This document shows, in pieces, positions 1-11,045 of a stretch of 64,000 bases of DNA. This DNA is from Squalus acanthias. Its lineage: Eukaryota. The DNA lies in NCBI GenBank assembly GCA_030390025.1, contig CM059432.1, forward strand, positions 100,132,001 through 100,196,000. Direction: 5' to 3'. How positions within the stretch are numbered: the first letter of the stretch is position 1; each line of letters begins with the position of its first letter. A program made the translations under genes and the position numbers. A model generated the notes under the pieces. The model ran no database searches. It was given only the letters and a program-made list of their open reading frames with translations, and was not told the origin of the DNA.

Positions 1-65
1 GGGAAGCAAGTAATCTTAGGGGACTGGGAGGAAGCACTCCTGCTGCTCCTTGCCGACAAGCAGTG
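1..65 (-). mobile_element. Fragment of the MITE family seen at 48026-49008
   Basis: ctgggaggaagcactcctgctgctccttgccgacaagcagtg closely matches the reverse complement of ~48340-48385. Confidence 0.5.
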
Positions 66-800
66 GGGGGACCGTGTAGCAGGTCGCTATCCCGAACATT
101 GCATCAGTGCGATCTGCAGTTGGTTTTTAACTTAAATACTCCAATTGAGTTAGTCATGTGGGTTTCCCAGCCAATTAACTGGAGCAGGTCTGATGACGTC
201 ATTGGATGACTCGACTGCAGCTCAGCTATTTAAAGGGGCAGTGGACAGCTGAGAGTTGAAGGTTGTTGGAGATGGTCCAGAGGTTTTTTTCTGAGAGTTA
301 GCTGTTGCTGTGAGATAGAACAATTAGTTTGACTGTGAAGGTTTAACCATTTCTAAGCGATAATGCAGGCTCACTGCCAATAAGCTGCGCCCAGGTTTAT
401 TGATCCCCCCTGGAAATCCTGCTCCAGGGAGTGAGAGCCTACAAGGAGGTCCTCTTCCCTGGTGTCGGGAGGAAGAGGCCAGCAGCTGAAACAAAGAGGG
501 CATAGCTGGAGATCGCTGATGAAGTGAGAAGCAGGACTGTTGTCAGCCGCTCCTAGATCCAGTGCAGGAAGTGATTTAATGATGTCATGAGGTCGGGAAA
601 GGTGAGTACAATGACACGTTGCCCTACATTCTGCTGTGCGTGCCACCCCAATCCCCTCACTCTGCCTTCCCAAGCCTACTCCTGCACATCACTCCTCACA
701 CCAACCTACCTTGCAGGTGCACCCATCCCTCACTGTCTATGCACCTACTCACATCCCCATCTGACAATCCACCACTGACACTCACCCTCATCCTAATGCA

Positions 801-845
801 ATCATAGAATCATAGAAATTAACGCCACAGAAGGAGGCCATTTGG
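801..845 (-). mobile_element. Very short CR1 3' tail insertion in Myb intron 1
   Basis: tcatagaatcatagaa...cacagaaggaggccatttggc matches the CR1 tail at 60781-60830. Confidence 0.6.
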
Positions 846-1018
846 CAATGTCACACCACTCCCTCATAGTCACCCTCTACAGATGTAGCCCATCCATCCC
901 CTACACTCATTCCATCACTCGCAGTCAAAGGTCTCTTGTTTCCCTCCTTGCAAGAGAAGAGAGCGCAAAACAACAGGGAGAGGCAGAGAAACGGAAGTGG
1001 AACTCCAATCACCACTGC

Positions 1019-1146
1019 GACGATAGCAAAATACTGCAGATGCTGGAAATCCGAAATAACAACAGAAAACGCTGGAAAAACTCAGCAGGCCAGGCAGCAT
1101 CCGTGGAGAGAGAAAGAGAGTTGACGTTTCAGGTCGATGACCTTTC
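1019..1146 (-). mobile_element. Short Penelope-like terminal fragment with hammerhead core
   Basis: Reverse complement is near-identical to ~33185-33312. Flanked by an 11-bp direct repeat atcaccactgc (1008-1018 and 1147-1157). Confidence 0.9.
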
Positions 1147-2938
1147 ATCACCACTGCATTGACGCCATCAGAGGAGGAGGCGCTTGACATAAGCAAAGTT
1201 TCAGAGCGGCTGACAGTGTGAGCTGGAGAGAGGGGGACTACCCAGCAACCTGGTGACAGAATTAAATATCATACAGCCACACGTGGCATACAACAGTCAC
1301 TCATGGTGATATGTCAGCAGCCAGTGAAATATCATCATGTGCATAATGGTAACTTACAACATTCTTATCATAAGAGTTCTAATTCATGTCTTTACTCTCC
1401 CACAGGTCCATCAAGTGCCGCCCACACCCCACCTCCCCCCCCCCCCCCCACTGTCCAACCGGAGGAGGAAGACGACACCTCAGAGGAAGCTCCAGTCTCT
1501 GTCACATGACCCATGCGCACCCAGCACCAGTGCAGATATGCACATGTCGGTGGGTCCTGTGAGACATAGAGTAGTGTTGTCACTTGGTGTGTCACACATC
1601 ACAAGTGAGCAAAAGCAGATGGTAGAGACAGGGATAGCAGTGGACAGTCCTCGTCAGAGGGCGCAGGATGCTCCAAGCTCTGCTCACCTGAATGCAGATG
1701 CTGAACCTCAGGGGCCGTCGACAAAGAGATTGATCTTGGAGGAGCAGCAACAAATGCATGAGGCTCTGGCAGCTTTTCCAGCCTCGATGAGCACAATTGT
1801 ACAGAGAATGGAAGAGTCCATCTCCAACATGAGCAGCACCATGTCGCAAGCAATGGCGACGACGTGCTCTTCCATGGAAAGGATGGCCACCTGCATGGAG
1901 CATCAAATGCGCCAGTCAAACGAGTGCATGCTTGCTGTGAACAACAGCTTGCAGAGTCTGATTGCAATCATATGTAGGAGGGATACCAACCTAGAGTTGG
2001 CCGTTCATCACCCTCTGATGTGCAGCAAGGTGCCATCTGTACCTCAGGTTCCTCCTCCTCCTCGTGTTCCACCTGCTCCTCCTCCTCATCCTCCTCTGAG
2101 GAGGCTGTGCGCTCTGCGCCTTGCTCCTCCTGCAGCTCCAATCCTCGCTGCAGCACTATGTTCTGCAGCGCGCAGCATACAACGATCATTCTGGAGAACC
2201 TGGCTGGTGTGTATTCAACGGCTCCTCCAAATCTCTCCATGCATCTGAAGTGCATCTTCAGCATCCTGATTGCTTGCTCTATTACACATCTGGTTGTGAT
2301 GTGGCTTTGATTATAGCAGTCCTTGACCTTATTGCTTAGCCTCCTCAAGGGTGTCACCAGCCTCGTCTTCAGTGGATAGCCTTCGTCTCCAAGGAGCCAG
2401 CCGGTAAGTCTATTCAGAGGTGCGAAGAGCTGAGGGAGTCCTGACACCTCCCAGGGAATCTGGCACACACATGCATGATGATCTTTTTGTGGTTGCAGAC
2501 GAGCTGCACATTGAGGGAGTGGAAGACCTTACAGTTCACAAACACTCCTGGGTGATCTGGGGTGTCATGATGGGCACATGTGCACAGTCGATGACGTCCT
2601 GCACCTTTGGGAAGCCAGCCAGAGCCACAAAGCCAAGCGCCCGCTCAGTCACACTGGCTTTATCAGCGGCAAAGTGCACATAAGTGCCTGACTTGTGAAA
2701 CATGGCATCAGTCACCTGGGTGATGCATCAGTGTGCGGCCGACTGCGAGATCCTGGAAATGTCCGCTGCAGATCCCTGGAAGGAGGCTGAGGCAAAGTTG
2801 AGGGCGGTGGTGACTTTGACAATCACTGGTTTGGTGTGTCCACCAGGTCCATTTGGCAACAGGTCTTCTTCCAGCAAGCTACAAATGTTTGCCATGACCT
2901 GATGTGATAGCCTGAGTCTCACAAGAAAAAGAAAAAGG

Positions 2939-5217
2939 GTGGCTAAAGTAAATGTTGGTCCCTTAGAGGATGAGACCGGGAAATTAATGGTGGGAAATAT
3001 GGAGATGGCAAATACACTGAATGAATATTTTGTATCAGTCTTTACAGTAGAGGACACTAAGAATATCCCAACACTGGACAAACAGGGGGCTATAGGAGGG
3101 GAGGAGCTAAACACGATCAAACTCACTAAGGAAGTGGTACTCGGTAAAATAATGGGACTCAAGGCGGATAAATCAGCTGGACCTGATGGCTTACATCCTA
3201 GGGTCTTGAGGGAAGTGGCGGTAGGGATTGTGGATGCATTGGTAATAATTTTCCCAAACTCCCTGGACTCAGCAAAGATCCCGGCAGACTGGAAAACTGC
3301 TAATGTAACATCCTTATTTAAAAAGGGCAGTAGACAGAAGGCTGGAAACTATAGACCGGTTAGCCTAACATCTGTGGTAGGTAAAATTTTGGAGTCCATT
3401 ATTAAGGAGACAGTAACGGGACATTTGGATAATCATAATTTAATAGGACAAAGTCAGCATGGTTTTATGAAGGGGAAGTCATGTTTGACAAATTTGCTGG
3501 AGTTCTTTGAGGAAGTAACATACAGGGTGGATAAAGGGGAACCAGTGGATGTGGTGTATTTAGACTTCCAAAAGGCATTTGACAAGGTGCCACACAAAAG
3601 ATTATTGCTTAAGATAAAAAATCACGGGATTGGGGGTAATATTCTGGCATGGATAGAGGATTGGCTATCTAACAGAAGGCAGAGAGTTGGGATAAATGGT
3701 TCATTCTCAGACTGGCAATCAGTAACTAGTGGTGTTCCGCAGGGGTCAGTGCTGGGTCCCCAACTCTTTACAATCTATAGTAACGATTTGGAGGAGGGGA
3801 CCGAGTGTAACATATCAAAGTTTGCAGATGATACAAAGATGGAAGGGAAAGTAGTGAGTGAGGAGGACATAACAAATCTGCAAGGGGACATAGACAGGCT
3901 AAGTAAGTGGGCAGAGATTTGGCAGATGGAATACAATACTGGAAAGTGTGAGGTTATGCACTTCGGCAGGAAAAATAGTAGAGCAAGTTATTGGCCCAAA
4001 AATTAGTGCCGCTACGCGAGAGTACACATTGTGTACTCTCGCGTATTCTGTCTCCAATTGCCGGTTTTCTGCATGCACTGCGCATGCGCTGAAAACCGGC
4101 ACTTGGTGATTTCAAAAGGGGGCGGTTCCTAGGTGAACAGCGTGCGCGCTACAGGCTGCGCGCACGCAGTGCACTTAGTGCTTTGGACACGCAGGTAAGC
4201 ATGGAAGATTTTAGACATAAAGAAAGGAGGCGTAAGACCCTCTTTTAACAAGGTAAGTACTTAATTAAGTATTATTTTGAATTTTTTTTAACAGGTATAT
4301 CTTTTTTAGGGACTTTAAAGACAGGTAAGTTTATTTTTATAACTTTTTAAAAGATTTTAAATTTTTTCAAAAATTTAATTTTTTGTTTAAAATGGTTAAT
4401 TTATTTAACTATACTTATTTTATTAATGTGATGGTTTTTTTTTAAATTTAACTGAGGTTTAGCTGTTCTTTTGGGGGGGTATAGTATTCATAGCTTTCAC
4501 AGCCGTGCTGTGAAAGCTATGAATGAAAGATGGTGTGCTGCCATTCGCTCTAACTGAGTCACGTGATCCCACAGCTCGCACGAATTAACTACGCCTGTGG
4601 GATACGAAAGCACTGCACAGATGCTGTCCAGAACATCAAGTTCGTGCGAGCTCGGACTGAAAAAGCCAGCGCGCAGTGAGAGATCGCGGGAAGGCCTTAC
4701 CCTCGCACGAAGGCTCACTCACTAATTTTTGGGCCAATATCTTAATGGCAAGAAACTGGAAAGTACTGAAGTACAAAGGGATCTGGGGGTCCTGGTGCAC
4801 GAAACTCAAAAGATTAGTATGCAGGTGCAGCAAGTGATTAAGAAGGCCAATGGAATGTTGGCTTTCATTGCTAGGGGGATAGAATATAAAAATAGGGAGG
4901 TATTGCTTCAGTTGTACAAGGTATTGGTGAGACCACACCTGGAATACTGCATACAGTTTTGGTGTCCATACTTAAGAAAAGACATACTTACTCTCGAGTC
5001 AGTACAAAGAAGGTTCACTCGGTTAATCCCGGGGATGAGGGGATGGACATATGAGGAGAGGTTGGGTAGATTGGGACTCTACTCATTGGAGTTCAGAAGA
5101 ATGAGAGGCGATCTTATTGAAACATATAAGATTGTGAAGGGGCTGGATCGGGTGGATGCGGGGAGGATGTTCCCGATGATGGGTGAAACTAGAACTAGGG
5201 GCATAGTCTTAGAATAA
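2939..5217 (+). pseudogene. CR1 ORF2 reverse transcriptase, interrupted by MITE 3993-4735
   Basis: NYRPVSLTSVVGK, YLDFQKAFDKVPH, GVPQGSVLGP, FADD, VRPHLEYC. Removing the MITE and one 3-bp TSD restores ...RASYYLNGKK in frame. Confidence 0.95.
3993..4735 (+). mobile_element. Harbinger-type MITE, structured splice-donor family, copy 1
   Basis: Perfect 16-bp TIRs ggcccaaaaattagtg/cactaatttttgggcc. A 3-bp duplication (att/aat) is inferred from the restored CR1 frame. Homologous to 28001-28742 and 38621-39229. Confidence 0.92.
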
Positions 5218-5929
5218 GGGGCTGCTCTTTCAAAACTGAGATGAGAAGGAACTACTTCACTCAGAGGGTGGTAGGTCCATGGAATATGCTGCCCCAAAAA
5301 GCTGTAGAAGCTACATCATTACATAAATTTAAAACAGAAATAGACAGTTTCCTAGAAGTAAAGGGAATTAAAGGTTACGGGGAGCGGGCAGGAATTTGGA
5401 CATGAGTCTAGGTTCGGATCGGTCATGGCCCTGTAGGTAGCGTAGCGGGCCCAGGGGCCGTGTAGCCTGATCCTGCTCCTATTTCGTGTGTCCAATTCTG
5501 TTAGGTTCAGGAGATGGTTCTGTGATAGTAGATTGGCGGTTAGGATCAGATCAGCCATGATCTTATTGAATGGTGGAGCAGGCTCGAGGGGCCAATTGGC
5601 CTACTCCTGCTCCTATTTCTTATTTCTTATGTTCTTATGTCTCCTGAAGCACTGCTGTTCAATCATGTCCAGGAAGCTCATCCTCTGCCTATATACCCTG
5701 TGCTGGGGATATCGCCTCTGGTGAGGTGCACCCCTCTGCTGAACCCCTCTCTCCTGTGGAGCAACAGGTCGGTGAGGAAAAGGCTGCCACTGCTGCTACT
5801 GGTGTTGCTGGTGTTGTTGGTGCTGGCGCTCATCTTGGTCCGAATCTGAGGTTCAAGGTGAAACAGCATAAGCGGCACCCATGCTGATTTGATAGATGGC
5901 AGGTAAAGTGAAGATCAGAGGTACAATCC

Positions 5930-5995
5930 TCCAATGTAGTGAAAGTGACTTCCAATGTAGTGAGAGTGACTTCCAATGTAGTGAGAGTGACTTCC
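5930..5995. repeat. 21-bp tandem repeat x3
   Basis: tccaatgtagtga(a/g)agtgact three times, upstream of the transposase start. Confidence 0.9.
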
Positions 5996-7656
5996 GAGGT
6001 TGCAGAAATCACCTGCAAACTCCTGAAAGCTAATTCTCTGCAACAATGGTGTCAGCGAGAGCCTGTCCCTTAGACAAGGAAGCAGGTGTGAGGTGTGAGT
6101 ATTCATATGATTATTTCAACTGTCAATTGTTCAACTCAAACAATGGCCAGTCACTTCTCACCTTACTTTGACAGGCGAGTTTCAGGAACCCCATGAATCC
6201 TGCGCACAACCAATAAAATCTGAAACCTCAGGTTAAAAAGCCTCTTAATCGTCTGTTAACGACCTCTTAAATACGTCAATGAGGTCGCCCGCCTCTCCCG
6301 AGCGGGTCTCTGGCACACTGAGAAACGTGCCGGAGTAAAAGGCGGAAGTTGGTGGGATAAAGGCGGGTTCCCGACGCAGTAAATTTCAGCGCTTTTAACA
6401 GCCCACCCGCTCGCAAGCCTGCACTCATTTCAAAGGGAAAATTCCGGCCAATCTTCTGTTTCTGTTTGGATTGTTTCCCAGCTCTCCTTATTTATGTTTG
6501 AAACAAAATGCCGTATCTGTAAGCAGCCCTTTACCTCCTACAATCGGAAGCCAGCACTATTATATACATTATAAACGGGAATTGTATGGGCTGCCCATAA
6601 GTCCTCTCTAAAAGGTAGCAAACACCACACTGTGTGGCTGTATAGTTCATTCTAAAACTAACAGTCAAATTTATTTACACAGAAGCAAAAGGAATGAGAA
6701 AAATAATCTCCAATGCAAATGCTTAACTTACGCAATATAAAGCATCTCAAAAATGAGAAAGTGGCTGAACTCAGAATCCTTTTCAGAATTTCTTAAGTAA
6801 GTCTTTGGAGATTGTAACTTGAGAGCCTTCTGCCCCATGAAGTTCCATTTCACTGTCATGATCTGCAAAGCAAATGATTGGGAACTGATGTAACAGGGAA
6901 ATACTCCGGGATCTATTATACCACTTCACTGAGTCTCCAAGACAGAATATATCTCACAAAATCAAAGACATACATTCCCACTAGGTAGGCAATTATGTTA
7001 TTAATCAATATTGCCATTCAGGTTGAAGATTGCGAATTTGAGCATTCCAAATTTGAAGAGCTTGTGATTTCTTTTGACTTGTATATTGAATAGTTTGGTC
7101 CCAGGAACAACGCTTAGGCCATGATTTTGCCGGCGCTCAGAGGGCAGGTTTGGAGGCGGGTCCGCTGTCAAAATCAAAATGATTGACAGCTGGTTGGGAG
7201 CCCGCTCTGAACCCGGCTCCATATAAGTTTCCAAAGTGTCGGATCTGCGATTGCAGAACAGACCTGACACCAAACGGCGGGGGAGGCATTTAAGATAGTT
7301 AGATGCTTGTTAAACGCTTGTTAACTACTATTTTGCCAGCCTATTTCTATTTTAGCACATTTTTAACGAGGTTCACGTCGTTCGGAGATCATGTCAGGTA
7401 AGTAGGTCGGGAGTTCAATCGCGCTGAATAGTTCACAGCTGCAAATGTAGTATAAAAGCTAACATTTCACATCTGTTCACTTTCCAATGTCAGAAGTTGC
7501 TGATTTCAGGATTTGGAAGACACATTTGATCTTTATTGAGGCTGTAAGTGTGTGCTGTAAACTCTATATCCACTGTCACCTCATTCGAATAACCTCTCTC
7601 CCCATTGACAGATTGCTTCTAACATCTCATCCTTACCTGCCATATATATCAGCAGA

Positions 7657-8875
7657 ATGGGAACCATTTATACTCTCGCACCCTGGTCCTCAGAATCTGA
7701 CCACAATCAACCGCAGCAGCAGCAGAACCAGGCACACCAGCAGCATCAACAACAAGAGTGCCAACCTTCTCCACAGGGCAGAGGGCATCAGTGCAGGGCT
7801 GCACCGCGCCGGAGGCGATACCCCCAACACAGGGTATACAAGCAGAGGATGAGCTTCCTCAACATAACTGAGCAGCAGTGCCAAAGGAGGCTGAGACTAT
7901 CGCGACAGGTAGTCGCAGACAATTGCACAATGCTCAATCAAGACCTGCAGCCCAGAGGAGCGGGTGGATACCCCTTACCAGTGGCTGTCAAAGTCACCAG
8001 CGCCCTCAACTTCTTCGCCTCAGGCTCCTTCCAGGGATCTGCAGCAGACATTAGCGGCATCTCGATGTCGGCCGCCCACAGATGCATCATACAGGTCACC
8101 AATGCCCTCTTAGACAAGTCCGCCAATTACATCCACTTTTTCACTGATAAAGCCAGTGTTACTGAGCGGGCGTCGGCTTTGTCAATCTGGCTGGCTTCCC
8201 ACGGGTGCAGGGCATCATTGACTGCACACATGTGGCCATCAGGGCACCTCATCAGAACCCAGCTGTAATTGTCAACCGCAAGGGCTTCCACTCCCTTAAC
8301 GTGCAGCTGGTGTGCAACCATAGGAAGAGCATCATGCATGTGTGCGTTAAGTTCCCTGGCAGCTGCTATGACTCTTACATCCTGCACCAGTCCACTGTTC
8401 CTCAGCTCTTCGCACCGCCAAATGAACCTTCTGGCTGGCTCCTTGGAGACAAGGGCTATCCCCTGAAGACATGGCTAATGACACCTTTGAGGAGGCCATC
8501 AAACGAGTCTGAGGAGCGTTATAATCAAAGCCACATTTCCACCAGAAGTCTCATAGAGCAAGCAATAGGGTTGCTCAAAATACACTTCAGATGCCTGGAC
8601 AGATCTGTGGAGCCCTTCAGTACGCACCAGCCAGGGTCTCGAGAATCATCGTTGTCTGCTATGCCCTGCACAACAGAGCACCGCAGCGAGGATTAACGCT
8701 GGATGAGGCACAAGGCACAGAGTGCACAGCCTCTTCAGAGGAGGAGGAGGAGAAGCAGAATGAGGTTCAGCATGAGGAACATCTGGAGGAGGCGGCTGTC
8801 CCAATGCGACCAGAACGCGAGCACATTGCTGCTCGTGATGTCAGGGGTGGCCTAATCAATGCCAGATTCACCTAA
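7657..8875 (+). pseudogene. Harbinger DDE transposase (HARBI1 family), two frameshifts (~8180, ~8610)
   Basis: [77 protein letters not shown] and an acidic tail, spread over three ORFs. Confidence 0.95.
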
Positions 8876-9205
8876 CTTTATGCAGCACAGACATGTGGCT
8901 GCCACATGCACATGAAGGTTGGTATCACCCCACTTCAACACCATAGAGTATCTCTTACAATGAACTGTGCATTCCTTGCACTGTCACTACCATTGCTGGA
9001 CATAAAAGGTGCCCTAACCCTTCACTCTGCCATTTGCAATTGTGAGCACATATATGGCAACGAATGCAAACATTCAGAAAAAAATAATTTATTACAACAA
9101 AGTAAAAGAACAGAAACTTTACATTCGTTTATAGTAAATCACCCAAGTGACTACCCTTGTGATTATTTATGTGGGATTTTTTTTTACGCGTGCTTCTACG
9201 TGGTG

Positions 9206-11045
9206 CTACCCCGTGGCTTCAGCAGATGTAGAGGCAGTCTGCTCACTTCCCTGCTGCACCTTTATAGATGCCTTTGGTGGTCGTCCACTGGGTTTTGGAG
9301 CCTGTGAGGGCCCTGCCAAAGTCTGCTCCTCCTGCGGCTGTGCAGGGGCAGGCTTGGCCATCACTGTTCGGGGAGGCGTCTGGGGCTCTGACCGAGGGGT
9401 TGGCAAGGGGGTGGAAGTTTGATCACTTGGAGAGGAGCCCCGACTTCCATGTCCCCTCCCACCATCATCCCTCTCATGGGCTACCTGCACTTCTCTGCTA
9501 GCAAGTAGATGGAGAGCACTTTGCTGCACATCAGTGAGGCCATGGGGACCCATGTCTGTACTGGCATTCCTCATAACAATGACGTCCATGAACCTCTATC
9601 CTCCATAGATGACCATTTATTTAGAAGTGTTACCATGTTCTCCTGAGTCTGGCGATTTATGTCCTCCATGGAGGTGGCCATCCTTTCCATGTCAGAATCC
9701 ACAGTTGCCATGGCATGCACCATGGCACTGCTCATATTTGAGATGGACTCCTCCATTCTCTGCACACTCCCAGTCACCGTGGTTGCAAACCCTGTTAGAG
9801 CCTCCTGAACTTGTTCCTGAAGCTCCAGGATCGCCCTCTTCCTGGATGGCTCCCGAGGCTCAGCGTCTGCATACAGCTGAGCAGATCTAGGAGACTCCTG
9901 CGGCCTCCGACGATGAGTCTCCACTGCTGTCCCTGTCTCCACCATCTGATCTTGCTCACTTGTGACTTCTGATATACCAGGTGACAACACTACTCTATCT
10001 TGCATAGGACCCACCGAGGTGTGCATCTCTGCACTGGTGCTGGGTGCGCTCATTTCAGCTGACGCTGCTCCCTCAGAAGCTGGAGGATCATCTGAGGAGT
10101 GCTCCTGCTCTTCCTCCTGGACAGTGGGGAGCGGGGGGGGGAGGGCTCTTGATGGTCCTGTGGGAGAATAATGACATGAGTTAGACATGTGATATGTAGA
10201 TTGCAGATACATCCCATTATGCACATGATGAGCATTCAATTTCTCTTGACGTCAGACCCCAAATGAATCACTCATGAATGCCAACTAAGATGTATGGAAA
10301 ATAATTCTGTCACCAGGTTGTTCTAATGAGCCCCTCTCTCCGACCCCCACTTCAGGCTTGTCAACGACTCCTGTTATGTCCAGAGCTGCCTCCTCAGCAT
10401 TGGTGAGCACAGCCAATGATGGCAGTTGTCCTCCTGTTCTCTCCCTCTCCCTCTTATTGTGGGCTCTCTTTTCCTGCAAGAGAAGTTTGAGTGAGAGTGA
10501 TGGAATGAGTGTAAAGAATGGCTGGGATCGATGTTTAGAGGGAGACTATGATGGAGTGGGGTGCCAATACCAAGTTGCCTCCTTTTGAGTTGTTAGTTGT
10601 TGTTATTGCATAATGATGAGGGTGAGTGTGAGGGGTGCATAGTAAGATGGGGATGTGATTCTGTACATACGGAGAGACAGATGGGTGATGGTGCAAGGGA
10701 TGTTGGGGTGAGTAAGGATGTGCAGGAGTAGGGTTGGCAATGCAGAGTGATGGGGATGTGATGACAGACACAGCAGAATGAAGGTAAGTGTGCTTTTATA
10801 CTCACTTTTCCTGAACACAGAAGATCATCAAACCTCTTCCTACATTGCACCCAGGTGTGAACAAACACACACCTTGCAGTGACCTCCTCAGCTATTTGCA
10901 GCCAGGCTGCCTTCGTCTGCTGAGGAGGTTTCCTCCTTCCATCCCCAGGGAATAGAACCTCCCTGCGTCCTCTGACTCCCTCTACAAGAACATGGAGGGA
11001 GTCATCATTGAAATGTGGCGCAGCCCTTTGACTATCTGCAGTCAT
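9206..11045 (-). pseudogene. Harbinger Myb/SANT DNA-binding + coiled-coil gene, exons 11045-10806, 10473-10314, 10157-~9206
   Basis: RAAPHFNDDSL...AAWLQIAEEV...TWVQCRKRFDDL (trihelix/Myb-SANT). Canonical GT-AG introns of compatible phase (SGK|EKRAHN; P-G|GP). One frameshift at ~9590. Confidence 0.9.

Larger units (their letters stand above)
363..2025 (+). pseudogene. Harbinger Myb/SANT-coiled-coil gene, 3 exons (~363-601, ~954-1252, 1406-~2025)
   Basis: AAPRF...KEVLFP...IQCRK*FNDVMRSGK|gtgagt; exon 2 EKRAQNNRER; donor cctg|gtgaca; acceptor cccacag|gtcca; exon 3 ...VQRMEESISNMSSTM. Stops, frameshifts and a mutated acceptor are present. Confidence 0.85.
2921..5638 (+). mobile_element. 5'-truncated CR1 LINE
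   Basis: RT ORF plus 3' UTR ending in the ggagcagg...cctgctcc stem and (ttcttatg)-like repeats. gtctc occurs on both flanks (2916-2920, 5639-5643). Confidence 0.95.
2025..5882 (-). pseudogene. Harbinger DDE transposase split by a CR1 insertion (5882-5639 and 2920-~2025)
   Basis: [46 protein letters not shown] and an acidic tail in the ORFs 2728..3162 and 1968..2468. The N-terminal part resumes after the CR1 tail. Confidence 0.9.
90..6449. mobile_element. PIF/Harbinger element, family A, copy 1 (decayed; carries CR1, MITE and PLE insertions; left TIR not seen)
   Basis: Convergent Myb/SANT (+) and transposase (-) remnants homologous to 7117-11273. Right end gggaaaattccggcc at 6435-6449 resembles the family TIR. 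CRE tgacgtca at ~194 and tatttaaagggg at ~227 lie upstream of the Myb gene. Confidence 0.85.

Noticed and set aside
1337..2248. 303-aa ORF as a novel gene
   Set aside because: It is intron plus frameshifted Myb exon 3 running into the antisense of the transposase tail across a deletion.
4575..4652. Twister or HDV-like ribozyme in the MITE (TAA-CTAC-GC...AAGC resembles twister)
   Set aside because: The P2' strand and GA-NNN pseudoknot partner are missing in copies 1 and 2, and the HDV L3/P1.1 motifs are absent. Kept only as an unassigned structure.
5930..5995. CRISPR-like array (also 48478-48820)
   Set aside because: Head-to-tail repeats without unique spacers, in eukaryotic TE context with no cas genes.
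7657..8875. Calling the transposase the host gene HARBI1, or the Myb gene NAIF1/MSANTD
   Set aside because: They are multi-copy, frameshifted and enclosed by TIRs, so they are transposon genes rather than domesticated single-copy genes.
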